DNA of 24,000 nt. Origin: Tenggerimyces flavus (GTDB lineage Bacteria > Actinomycetota > Actinomycetes > Propionibacteriales > Actinopolymorphaceae). How positions within the stretch are numbered: the stretch's first letter is position 1; each line of letters starts with the position of its first letter. The translations under genes and the position numbers were made by a program. Of the stretch, positions 15,156 to 23,204 are shown piece by piece. The DNA is taken from contig NZ_JAFBCM010000001.1 in NCBI RefSeq assembly GCF_016907715.1, positions 7,145,420-7,169,419 of the forward strand, written 5' to 3'. The notes under the pieces were generated by a model, which worked only from the letters and a program-made list of their open reading frames with translations, was not told the DNA's origin and ran no database searches.

Positions 15156-16186
15156 TCACCGCGCGAGGGTGACGGCTCTGGCGTGCATCAGCCAGTTCGC
15201 CGATGCGAACAGCACGTGGAGGTGGTTGAGGTTCTTCGCGATCCCGCGCAAGCGGGTCTTGGTGAACCCGAAGTCGCGTTTGACGATCAGAAACGGATGC
15301 TCGACCTTGGCCCGCACCGACGCCTTGCGGGTCTCGATCGCCCGGTCGTGCTCGGTCATGGTCTTCAACACGCCCTTGCGCGCCGCAACTCGCCACTCGA
15401 CCTTCGACAGATGCTCATCGGCAACGATCTCGGGTCGCTTCTCCACGCCCTGATATCCGGCGTCTGTGCAGACGAACTCGTCATCGTCACGCACCAGGTT
15501 GGCCGTCTCGTCCAGGTCATGGACGTTCGCAGCTGTCGCAGTCAACGAGTGGACATACCCGGTGCCCGCGTCCGAGCCGATGTGGGCCTTCATCCCGAAG
15601 TACCACTGGTTGCCCTTCTTCGTCTGGTGCATCTCCGGATCCCGCTGCCCGGTGGCGTTCTTCGTCGACGACGGCGCGACGACGGCGCGGCGATGATCGT
15701 GGCGTCCACGATGCTGCCCCCACGCATGATCCAGCCCTGCTCATCGAAGATCTGGTTCTGGGACTCAAACAGCTTCTCACCCAACCGGTGCTCTTCGAGC
15801 AGGCGGCGGAAGTGCAGCAGCGTGGTCGCGTCGGGAACCTGCTCCACAGCGAAGTCCAGGCCCATGAACCTGCGCATCGCATAGGAGTCGTAGATCGCCT
15901 CCTCCACGCCCTCATCAGAAAGCGAGAACCACACCTGCAGCAGGTACATCCGCAGCATCGTCTCGATCGGCTTGGCCTTACGACCGCGCTTCCCCGGCCT
16001 GTCGGAGTAGTAGTAGGGCTCGATCAACTCCACCCACCACACCCACGGGATCGCGGCGTTCATCGTCTCCAAGAACTGCTCCCGGCGGGAGACCCGTCGC
16101 CGGTTGCCGTACTCGATGTCGGTGAAGCTGGGCTGCTCGATGTCCACACCCCAAGCATTTCGTGGTCCCACGCCGACGAGCCACAC
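15156..16186 (-). pseudogene. IS5-family DDE transposase, inactivated by an 11-bp tandem duplication
   Basis: ...SFTDIEYGNRRRVSRREQFL...IETMLRMYLLQVWFSLSDEGVEEAIYDS...GSIVDATIIAAPSS // (TKNATGQRDPE)MHQTKKGNQWYFGMKAHIGSDAGTGYVHSLTATAANVHD...DAGYQG...RAKVEHPFLIVKRDFGFTKTRLRGIAKN closely follows the E. coli IS5 InsH motifs as I recall them. The two halves are out of frame by exactly the duplication. Confidence 0.9.
15667..15688 (-). repeat. perfect 11-bp tandem duplication (gacgacggcgc x2) inside the IS5 transposase gene
   Basis: 15667-15677 equals 15678-15688. Deleting one copy restores AAPSSTKNATGQRDPEMHQTKKGNQW in a single frame. Confidence 0.95.
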
Positions 16187-16220
16187 ACCGCACCGGACTA
16201 CCGAGAAAATCAGCGCATCC

Positions 16221-16257
16221 CTAGCTGGTGCCGCCGGTCGCGCAGCCGCTGGGTCAC
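16221..16257 (-). pseudogene. XRE-family regulator, 5' portion (start codon plus first 12 codons)
   Basis: GTG 16257, then TQRLRDRRHQL ending at the CTAG duplication. Joined to 15005 and downstream it gives VTQRLRDRRHQLGLTQKQVVTRL..., a canonical HTH N-terminus. Confidence 0.75.
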
Positions 16258-16346
16258 AATGAGGTGCCGGTCGGCACCGGGTCGCCGCCGTTGCTGAACA
16301 TGGTCACCTCCAGCCCGTACCACGATCCCGCGCCACCGGCGGCACG

Positions 16347-16619
16347 TCAATCGCTCGGAGGGGTCATCTCCGCGAGTGCGTGAATCGTGTAATGCGCGAA
16401 GTTGAAAACCGGCGCCATTGCAAGCAGACGTTCGAACTCCTCGTGCGAGTCGACCTGGTAGATCCAGGCACCGCCGTGCGAGCCGACCACGTGGTAGCGG
16501 GCGAGCACCTTGCCCTGCTCTTCCATCCGTTTTCCATACGCCGGCATCCCGCCGACGGCCCGTGCCATCTCCGGTGAGAGCAGGCCGAGCTCGATCTGCC
16601 AGAGCACGAGGAACTTCAT
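16347..16619 (-). CDS. muconolactone delta-isomerase-like small protein (dimeric alpha+beta barrel type)
   Basis: The 90-aa MKFLVLWQIEL...AYGKRMEEQGKVLARYHVVGSHGGAWIYQVDSHEEFERLLAMAPVFNFAHYTIHAL follows the MIase-family pattern as I recall it (G-K...VxG...DV.S.eE....L...P.f......L). This is assigned by eye only. Confidence 0.55.
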   Translation of the reverse strand: MKFLVLWQIELGLLSPEMARAVGGMPAYGKRMEEQGKVLARYHVVGSHGGAWIYQVDSHEEFERLLAMAPVFNFAHYTIHALAEMTPPSD

Positions 16620-16628
16620 CCCCGGACG

Positions 16629-17386
16629 CTAGCGCGTATCGGCGGCCTCTGTCAGCGTCACGTTGACGATCGCCAGGCCGCGCGCGCTGTAGTCACGCAA
16701 CGCGTCCAGCTGCGCCTCTGACAGGCGCTCGCAGACCCAATCCCAGTGCAGCGCGACCCACTCTCCCGGTCTCACGTCGGTACGGAACCCACGCCCGCCG
16801 ACGGCGCAGGTGGCAGGCTCGGCCGCCGGCTCGCCGAGCGCAAGCTTCCGGCCGTCCCAGGTCAGCCGCTGGCCTTCGACCTGGACCCTCCCGTTCGTCT
16901 CCGACAGCACCCGCCCCCAGCGGATCCGGCAGCGGTCAAGCACGGTCAGCGCCTGGCCCAGGCCGGAAGCCGGCGGAAGGAGGCTCGCCCAGGGATACAC
17001 ACAGAACACGTGGAAGCTGTGATGGGGAACGCCACCGAGCCCAGCGCCCCGCGCGGCGATGCCGAGCTGGCCGACGACGAGCCGGCGGAGGCGGTCGTCC
17101 AACGAGCCGCCAAGCGCTCGAACGCTCGCCGCCTCGAGCAGCGAATCCCCAACCCAGTAGGCCTCGACGACCTCACGGCTGAGCGGGTCGCGGCCCGTGG
17201 CCTCGGCGATCAGCTCAAGGTACGGCCATGCACCGGTAAAGCTCTTAGCGAGTGACGCAAGATCGGTGCCGTTGACGCCGTAGTCGAAGACCGACCCATC
17301 ATCCGCGGGACCGCAGTAGCCGAGCTGGTTGGGAGGGTAGGCAAAACACGCGCGAACAGCACCGGTCCGGGCACCTCATCGCGCAT
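16629..17386 (-). pseudogene. conserved hypothetical two-domain protein (Cys/His-motif N-domain + HypC-like C-domain), frameshift at about codon 14
   Basis: ATG 17386 gives MRDEVPGPVLFAR. The sense then continues in another frame as FAYPPNQLGYCGPADDGSVFDYGVNGTDLASLAKSFTGAWPYLELIAEATGRDPLSREVVEAYWVGDSLLE...GGVPHHSFHVFCVYPW...LDRCRIRWGRVL...PGEWVALHWDWVCERLSEAQLDAL..., ending at TAG 16629-16631. The shift is at the A4/T4 run 17343-17346. No in-frame start exists downstream of the shift. Confidence 0.7.
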
Positions 17387-17402
17387 GTTCACAGTGTAGT
17401 TA

Positions 17403-17417
17403 TGCGTCAATGACGCA
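17403..17417. promoter_or_regulatory. 7-1-7 perfect palindrome TGCGTCA-a-TGACGCA in the hypF / divergent-operon control region (candidate operator)
   Basis: Read directly. It lies 17-31 nt upstream of ATG 17386. A TANNNT-type hexamer (tacact) sits 6 nt before that ATG on the minus strand, which is compatible with a leaderless transcript. The surrounding DNA is locally AT-richer. Confidence 0.3.
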
Positions 17418-17514
17418 AGCCTTTCCTACATCCCGGAATCCTGGACTTTTACCGCCGCAGAAGAGAGATTCCGCGGCTGTGTGAGGGGTAGTCTGCGAGT
17501 ACCCGAATCGGACA

Positions 17515-19887
17515 TTGGCGGTGCTGCCGACTGGCCACCGCGTAGTCCTGGGGGTGAGCCTCATGGGCGCGTCGGCTGCTGGCGCCGCCAGTCGCGAACG
17601 TCGTCGTGTGCTCGTGTCCGGAGTCGTCCAGGGTGTCGGGTTTCGCCCGTTCGTTTATGCGCTCGCCCGCGAGCACGGTCTGAGTGGCTGGGTCGGCAAC
17701 GACGCCTCGGGAGTGCACGTTGAGGTCGAGGGCGAGCCTGCGGCGGTCGCGGCGTTCTGCGTGCGAATCGCCGCAGACGCGCCACCGCTCGCGGTCGTCG
17801 AGTCGGTGCTGAGCAACAAGGTGGCGGTTCGCGGTGGCACCGAGTTCGTCATCCACGGCTCGTCGGCGGGCTCCGGACGTACGCTCGTGTCACCAGACGT
17901 CGCGACATGCACCGACTGCCTGCGTGAGCTGGCCGATCCCAGCGACCGGCGCTATCGGCACCCGTTCATCAGCTGCGTGAACTGCGGTCCGCGGTTCACG
18001 ATCATCACCGGTCTCCCCCACGACCGCGCGACGACCACGATGACCGGCTTTCCGATGTGTGAGAACTGTGCGCGGGAGTATGCAGACCCGGCCGACCGGC
18101 GCTTCCACGCCCAGCCGATCGCGTGCCCCCGTTGCGGTCCGCGGCTGTGGTGGCGGCAGCTCGAACGACCCGAGCTGACCGGTGCGGTGGCATTGTCCGA
18201 AGCGCGGGAGCTGCTCGCGGCAGGTGGGATCGTGGCGGTCAAGGGCCTCGGCGGCTACCACCTCGCATGTGACGCAACGAACACCGACGCGGTGACGACG
18301 CTGCGTAAACGCAAGGACCGTGGCGACAAGCCGCTCGCGCTAATGGTTACCGACCTCGACGCTGCCCGGCGCTATGTCGCGATCGACGCGGCTGAGCGCG
18401 AACTACTGTCTGGTCCTCGGCGGCCAATCGTCCTCATGAGACGGCTCGAATCGTCAATTGGGCTTGCGGATTTGGTCGCGCCAGGAAGTCCGGACGTAGG
18501 CATCATGCTGCCGTACACGCCGTTGCACCGGCTGCTGCTGGGGCTGCCGTCCGATGCCCCCGGGCTCGAGGCGTTGGTGATGACAAGCGGCAACGTATCT
18601 GGCGAGCCGATCGTCATCGACGATGCCGAGGCGGCGATTCGCCTTGCCCCGTTGGTCGATGGTTGGCTCGGACACGATCGGCCAATCCACGTACCGTGCG
18701 ACGACTCGGTGGTCCGGGTCGTCGACGGGATCGAGCTGCCAATCCGTCGGTCGCGTGGGTACGCGCCGTTCCCGATCTCGCTGCCGCTCACCGTGCGGCC
18801 AGCACTGGCGACGGGTGGCGACCTGAAGAACACCTTCTGCATAGGCGAAGAGCGCTACGCATGGCTGTCCGCGCATATCGGCGACATGGACGATCTCGCG
18901 ACGATCGAGGCGTTCGATCGGGCGACCAGCCATGCGGCGGAGTTAACGGGCGTTCGTCCGGAGCTCATCGTCACCGACCGGCACCCGCGGTACCGCTGCG
19001 GGCAGTGGGCGACGCGCGTAGCCCGCGGCCGCGAGGTGGTCCGCGTGCAGCACCACCATGCGCATATCGCCTCGGTGATGGCCGAGCACGAGCACCTCGG
19101 TAGCGACCAGGTCATCGGTTTCGCTTTCGACGGAACGGGATACGGCGACGACGGCGCGGTCTGGGGTGGTGAAGTGCTGCTCGCGGACTACGACGGATTC
19201 ACCCGCGCGGCCCACTTGAGCTACGTCGCGCTGCCCGGCGGGGATGCCGGCGTACGCAACCCGTGCCGGATGGCGTTGTCCCACCTGCGCTCGGCCGGCA
19301 TCGGGTGGACAGCGGACCTGCCGAGCGTGGCAGCGTGCACACCGACCGAGCTCGGCCTGCTCGATCGTCAACTAGAGCGAGGCATCGCGTGCGTCCCGAC
19401 CTCGAGCATGGGTCGGCTGTTCGACTCGGTCGCCTCACTCGCAGGAGTATGCCATCGAGTCGGCTACGAGGCGCAGGCGGCGATCGAACTGGAAGGGCGA
19501 TCGGTCGACCACGTAGAGACATGCGGCGACGCGTACGAGCTGGGCATCGTCAGCGGCAGCCCGCTCGTCCTCGACCCAGCGCCAATGCTCCACACCGTGG
19601 TCCGCGACGTACGCGCGGGTGTACTGGCCGGCGTGATCGGTGCGAGGTTCCATCGCGCGATCGTCGACGCCGTTGTCAATGTTGCCTTGCTCCTACGCGA
19701 ACGCACGGGGTTGGACACGGTCGCGATGTCCGGCGGGGTGTTCCTCAACCGACTGCTCGTCTCGCTGTGCGCGAACCGGCTCGCAGCTGAAGGCTTCACA
19801 GTGCTACGTCCATGCAAGGTGCCACCGAGCGACGCGGGACTGGCTCTCGGCCAACTCCTCATCGCCGCTCGACAGAAGGAGAGGTGA
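17515..19887 (+). CDS. hypF: [NiFe]-hydrogenase maturation carbamoyltransferase HypF
   Basis: Acylphosphatase domain: RVLVSGVVQGVGFRPFVYALAREHGLSGWVGNDASGVHVEVEG. Zinc-finger CxxC pairs: CTDCLRELADPSDRRYRHPFISCVNCGPRFTII and CENCAREYADPADRRFHAQPIACPRCGPRL. YrdC-like: VAVKGLGGYHLACDA. Kae1-like C-terminus: GGVFLN. The likely real start is ATG 17563; TTG 17515 is the ORF maximum. Confidence 0.95.
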   Translation: MAVLPTGHRVVLGVSLMGASAAGAASRERRRVLVSGVVQGVGFRPFVYALAREHGLSGWVGNDASGVHVEVEGEPAAVAAFCVRIAADAPPLAVVESVLSNKVAVRGGTEFVIHGSSAGSGRTLVSPDVATCTDCLRELADPSDRRYRHPFISCVNCGPRFTIITGLPHDRATTTMTGFPMCENCAREYADPADRRFHAQPIACPRCGPRLWWRQLERPELTGAVALSEARELLAAGGIVAVKGLGGYHLACDATNTDAVTTLRKRKDRGDKPLALMVTDLDAARRYVAIDAAERELLSGPRRPIVLMRRLESSIGLADLVAPGSPDVGIMLPYTPLHRLLLGLPSDAPGLEALVMTSGNVSGEPIVIDDAEAAIRLAPLVDGWLGHDRPIHVPCDDSVVRVVDGIELPIRRSRGYAPFPISLPLTVRPALATGGDLKNTFCIGEERYAWLSAHIGDMDDLATIEAFDRATSHAAELTGVRPELIVTDRHPRYRCGQWATRVARGREVVRVQHHHAHIASVMAEHEHLGSDQVIGFAFDGTGYGDDGAVWGGEVLLADYDGFTRAAHLSYVALPGGDAGVRNPCRMALSHLRSAGIGWTADLPSVAACTPTELGLLDRQLERGIACVPTSSMGRLFDSVASLAGVCHRVGYEAQAAIELEGRSVDHVETCGDAYELGIVSGSPLVLDPAPMLHTVVRDVRAGVLAGVIGARFHRAIVDAVVNVALLLRERTGLDTVAMSGGVFLNRLLVSLCANRLAAEGFTVLRPCKVPPSDAGLALGQLLIAARQKER

Positions 19888-19894
19888 GGGTCGC

Positions 19895-20215
19895 ATGTGC
19901 CTGGCCGTACCGGGAAGGGTGCTCGACATCAGGGAGCAGGACGAGACCTTGATGGCCACGGTCGACTTCGGCGGGGTGCTGAAGGACGTGTGCCTGCAGT
20001 ACGTACCAGACATCGAGGTCGGTGACTACACGATCGTCCATGTGGGCTTCGCGTTGCAGCGGCTCGACGAGGAGTCCGCCCAGCAGACGTTGGCGAACTT
20101 CCGCGCGATGGGCGAGCTCGAGCTGGAGTTCGGCGACGCCTGGGGTCGTGCCGCGGCCGAGGCGGGCATGCCACGTCCAGCTGGCACCACGAACGGTGAG
20201 GAGAAGTCCACATGA
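19895..20215 (+). CDS. hypC: hydrogenase maturation chaperone HypC/HupF family
   Basis: [12 protein letters not shown]... has the obligatory Met-Cys N-terminus, after gaaggagagg. [25 protein letters not shown] is present. There is about a 30-aa C-terminal extension relative to typical HypC. The stop overlaps the hypD ATG (ATGA). Confidence 0.9.
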   Translation: MCLAVPGRVLDIREQDETLMATVDFGGVLKDVCLQYVPDIEVGDYTIVHVGFALQRLDEESAQQTLANFRAMGELELEFGDAWGRAAAEAGMPRPAGTTNGEEKST

Positions 20216-21333
20216 AGTATCTCGACGAATTCAGCGACCCCGACCTCGCCCGCCGGCTGGTCGAAGAGATCCGCGCGACGGTCACCCGACCGTGGGCGAT
20301 GATGGAGGTCTGCGGCGGGCAGACGCACTCGATCATCCGGCACGGGATAGATCAGCTCCTGCCGGACGAGATCGAGATGATCCACGGCCCAGGTTGCCCG
20401 GTCTGTGTGACCCCGTTGGAGATCATCGACAAGGCAATGGAGATCGCGTCCCGGCCGGACGTGACGTTCTGCTCGTTCGGCGACATGCTGCGCGTTCCCG
20501 GCAGCGACAAGGACCTGTTCCGTATCAAGAGTGCCGGTGGCGACGTGCGAGTGGTGTACTCACCGCTCGATGCGCTCAAGCTGGCAAGGGAGAACCCCGA
20601 TCGGCAGGTAGTGTTCTTCGGCATCGGCTTCGAGACGACGGCACCGCCGAACGCGATGACGGTGTACCAGGCGCAGAAGCTCGGCATCGACAACTTCAGC
20701 CTGCTGGTATCGCATGTGCGGGTGCCACCGGCGATCGAGGCGATCATGCAGTCGCCGACGTGCCGGGTGCAGGGCTTCCTCGCGGCGGGGCACGTGTGCA
20801 GCGTGATGGGCACCGAGGAGTACCCCGCGTTGGCGGAGGCGTTCAAGGTGCCGATCGTGGTGACGGGCTTCGAGCCGCTGGACATCCTGGAGGGAATCAG
20901 ACTGACCGTTCACCAACTGGAGAAGGGCGAACATCGAGTCGAGAACGCCTACCAGCGGGCGGTTCCGGCGGAGGGCAACCCGGCGGCCAAGGCGATGTTG
21001 GCCGACGTCTTCGAGGTGACGGACCGTTCGTGGCGGGGCATCGGGATGATCCCGCAGAGCGGTTGGCGGCTGTCGGAGCGGTATCGCGAGTACGACGCGG
21101 AGCACCGTTTCGACGTCGCGGACATCACGACACAGGAGTCGACGGTGTGCCGGAGCGGTGAGGTCTTGCAAGGTTTGATCAAGCCCCACGACTGTTCGGC
21201 GTTCGGGACCCTTTGCACGCCACGCAACCCGTTGGGCGCGACGATGGTGTCGAGCGAGGGCGCGTGCGCGGCGTACTACCTCTACCGTCGGCTGGATGCG
21301 CCGGCGAAGCGGGAGGTGAGCTCCGTTGGTTGA
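20212..21333 (+). CDS. hypD: hydrogenase maturation protein HypD
   Basis: [51 protein letters not shown], and the C-terminal Cys cluster [44 protein letters not shown]. Confidence 0.95.
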   Translation: MKYLDEFSDPDLARRLVEEIRATVTRPWAMMEVCGGQTHSIIRHGIDQLLPDEIEMIHGPGCPVCVTPLEIIDKAMEIASRPDVTFCSFGDMLRVPGSDKDLFRIKSAGGDVRVVYSPLDALKLARENPDRQVVFFGIGFETTAPPNAMTVYQAQKLGIDNFSLLVSHVRVPPAIEAIMQSPTCRVQGFLAAGHVCSVMGTEEYPALAEAFKVPIVVTGFEPLDILEGIRLTVHQLEKGEHRVENAYQRAVPAEGNPAAKAMLADVFEVTDRSWRGIGMIPQSGWRLSERYREYDAEHRFDVADITTQESTVCRSGEVLQGLIKPHDCSAFGTLCTPRNPLGATMVSSEGACAAYYLYRRLDAPAKREVSSVG

Positions 21334-21384
21334 CGTAGCCGCTAACCCTGCCGCGGCATTGGACTTCGAAGCCTGGACCTCCCG

Positions 21385-22404
21385 TTGCCGCTGCGCGACT
21401 CGCCCACGGTGGTGATGGGCCACGGTGGCGGCGGACAGATGTCGGCGGAGCTCGTCGAGCACATCTTCGTTCCGGCGTTCGCCAACACTGTGCTCTCCGG
21501 GCTCGCGGACTCGGCGGTGGTGTCGCTCGGTGGTGCGAAACTGGCGTTCTCGACGGACTCGTTCGTCGTGCGGCCGTTGTTCTTCCCTGGTGGGAGCATC
21601 GGAGACCTCGCGGTCAACGGAACGGTGAACGACCTCGCGATGAGCGGCGCGCAGGCGGCGTACCTGTCGTGCGGCTTCATCCTCGAAGAGGGCACCGAGC
21701 TTCAGGTGGTCGGCGAGATCGCCCAACGCCTCGGCCGCGCGGCCAAGCGAGCCGGCGTGAGCGTCCTGACCGGTGACACCAAGGTCGTCGACGCCGGCCA
21801 CGGCGACGGAGTGTTCGTCAACACCGCGGGGATCGGCCTCATCCCCGACGGCATCGACATCCGCCCGCAGCGAGCGCAACCGGGCGACGTGGTGATCGTG
21901 AGCGGCGCGATCGCGGTGCACGGGATCGCAATCATGAGCGTGCGGGAAGGTTTGGAGTTCGGGATCGAGATCCAGAGCGACTGCGCGCCACTCAACGGTC
22001 TCGTCCAGACCATGCTTGCCGTGGCGCCAGATGTCCACGTCCTGCGCGACCCGACGCGAGGCGGTTTGGCGACCTCGTTGAACGAGATAGCGCAGGCATC
22101 GGGGGTAGGAATCGAGCTGACCGAGCGTTTGCTGCCCGTCCCAGAAGCGGTGGCGAACGGGTGCTCCGTGCTCGGCCTCGACCCGCTGTACGTGGCGAAC
22201 GAGGGCAAGCTCGTGGCGATCGTCGCACCGTCCGACGCGGACGCCACGCTCGCCGCGATGCGCACCCATCCATACGGAGCCGAGGCCGTTGCGATCGGAA
22301 CGTGCGTGGAGGCGCACGCGGGCATGGTCGTGACGCGCACAGGACTGGGCGGGACGCGGGTGGTCGACACACCCATCGGCGAACAGCTGCCGCGTATCTG
22401 TTGA
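21385..22404 (+). CDS. hypE: hydrogenase maturation protein HypE (carbamoyl dehydratase)
   Basis: VVMGHGGGGQMS, the PurM-like core TGDTKVV, DPTRGGLATSLNEIA, and the terminal ...GEQLPRIC* with the conserved C-terminal Cys. The start is ambiguous: TTG 21385 or a downstream GTG or ATG. Confidence 0.95.
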   Translation: MPLRDSPTVVMGHGGGGQMSAELVEHIFVPAFANTVLSGLADSAVVSLGGAKLAFSTDSFVVRPLFFPGGSIGDLAVNGTVNDLAMSGAQAAYLSCGFILEEGTELQVVGEIAQRLGRAAKRAGVSVLTGDTKVVDAGHGDGVFVNTAGIGLIPDGIDIRPQRAQPGDVVIVSGAIAVHGIAIMSVREGLEFGIEIQSDCAPLNGLVQTMLAVAPDVHVLRDPTRGGLATSLNEIAQASGVGIELTERLLPVPEAVANGCSVLGLDPLYVANEGKLVAIVAPSDADATLAAMRTHPYGAEAVAIGTCVEAHAGMVVTRTGLGGTRVVDTPIGEQLPRIC

Positions 22405-22467
22405 GGAGGTTGCAGTTTAGAGGGTCGATGGGGCGACGGGAGTCAAAGCAGCGTAGGCGTGAGTCGG

Positions 22468-23142
22468 CTAAGGACGCCCGCAGGCGTGGACCTGATGGGT
22501 GTGCAGGATCGCAATGAAGACGGGGACAATCAGGATCAGCCCGCCGATCGAGATCGCGCCTACCAATGCGGCGAGGAGTGTCAGCAGCCATGTCAGGAGG
22601 GTGCGTTCTGGCTGTTGCCAGGCGCGACGGGTGGACTCGCGCAGCAGGCCGGTGAGCGACGTGCTCGGCGTCGTGACGAACGTCGCCGTCCACCAGGTGG
22701 CGCACACGGATCACAGCAGCAAGGCGAGCGTCAAGGCCGTTGTAAGGGGTGTGATCCCGCGAACAACGACGAGCAGCCACACGAGTACGCCGAAGGTGCC
22801 GTACAGGGGCGCCAGCACACGTAAGGCTGGTGCGGCGAATGAGCGGCACAGCTCCATCGCTAAGCCGAGGTCGACGTGCTGGCCGCGACAGGCTTCAGCG
22901 GCGAGCGCGTACAACACCGCTGTCGCGATGGGAAGTGCGGTGGCGCTATACAGGGCAAGGGCGACGCGGAGCCAGGTAGGCAGCTCAGGAAACGCGAGCG
23001 CCACCAGTCCAGGCATGAGCTGCAGTGCCCAGCCCACGTTGACGAGCACCAGCCGCTCCACCTGATCGGCCAGCGTCGCGAACGAAGCCCACAGCGGCGA
23101 GCGCGCCTCGTCCGTCGGGCTGAGGTCCTGCAGGAACGGCAT
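22468..23142 (-). pseudogene. YesL/DUF624-like polytopic membrane protein interrupted by an in-frame TGA
   Basis: ORFs 22711..23142 and 22468..22707 are in the same frame, separated by a single TGA (22711-22713): ...TALTLALLL*SVCATWWTATFV.... The combined length is about 224 aa with several TM segments. Its position next to a sugar-type ABC ATPase fits the family. This is assigned by eye. Confidence 0.5.
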
Positions 23143-23204
23143 GTCAGCTCCGCTGGGAAAGTGAGACGCCGGTCGACGCGTCGAACAGGTTCACCTTGTC
23201 CATA

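Larger units (their letters stand above)
15006..16220 (-). mobile_element. IS5-family insertion sequence (1215 bp) with 4-bp CTAG target-site duplication
   Basis: Perfect 12-bp terminal inverted repeats: ggatgcgctgat (15006-15017) and atcagcgcatcc (16209-16220). They are flanked by ctag at 15002-15005 and 16221-16224. YTAR/CTAG targets and GGA-initiated IRs are typical of IS5. Confidence 0.9.

Noticed and set aside
19640-19894. Upstream extension of the hypC ORF (track start 19640)
   Set aside because: It overlaps the 3' end of hypF in another frame. HypC must begin Met-Cys (ATG 19895), and that start has its own SD.
20560-22317. 585-aa ORF on the minus strand, the longest in the window
   Set aside because: It lies entirely antisense to hypD and hypE, which have unmistakable motifs. 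Its Arg/His/Ala/Val-rich, low-complexity translation is typical of shadow ORFs in high-GC DNA.
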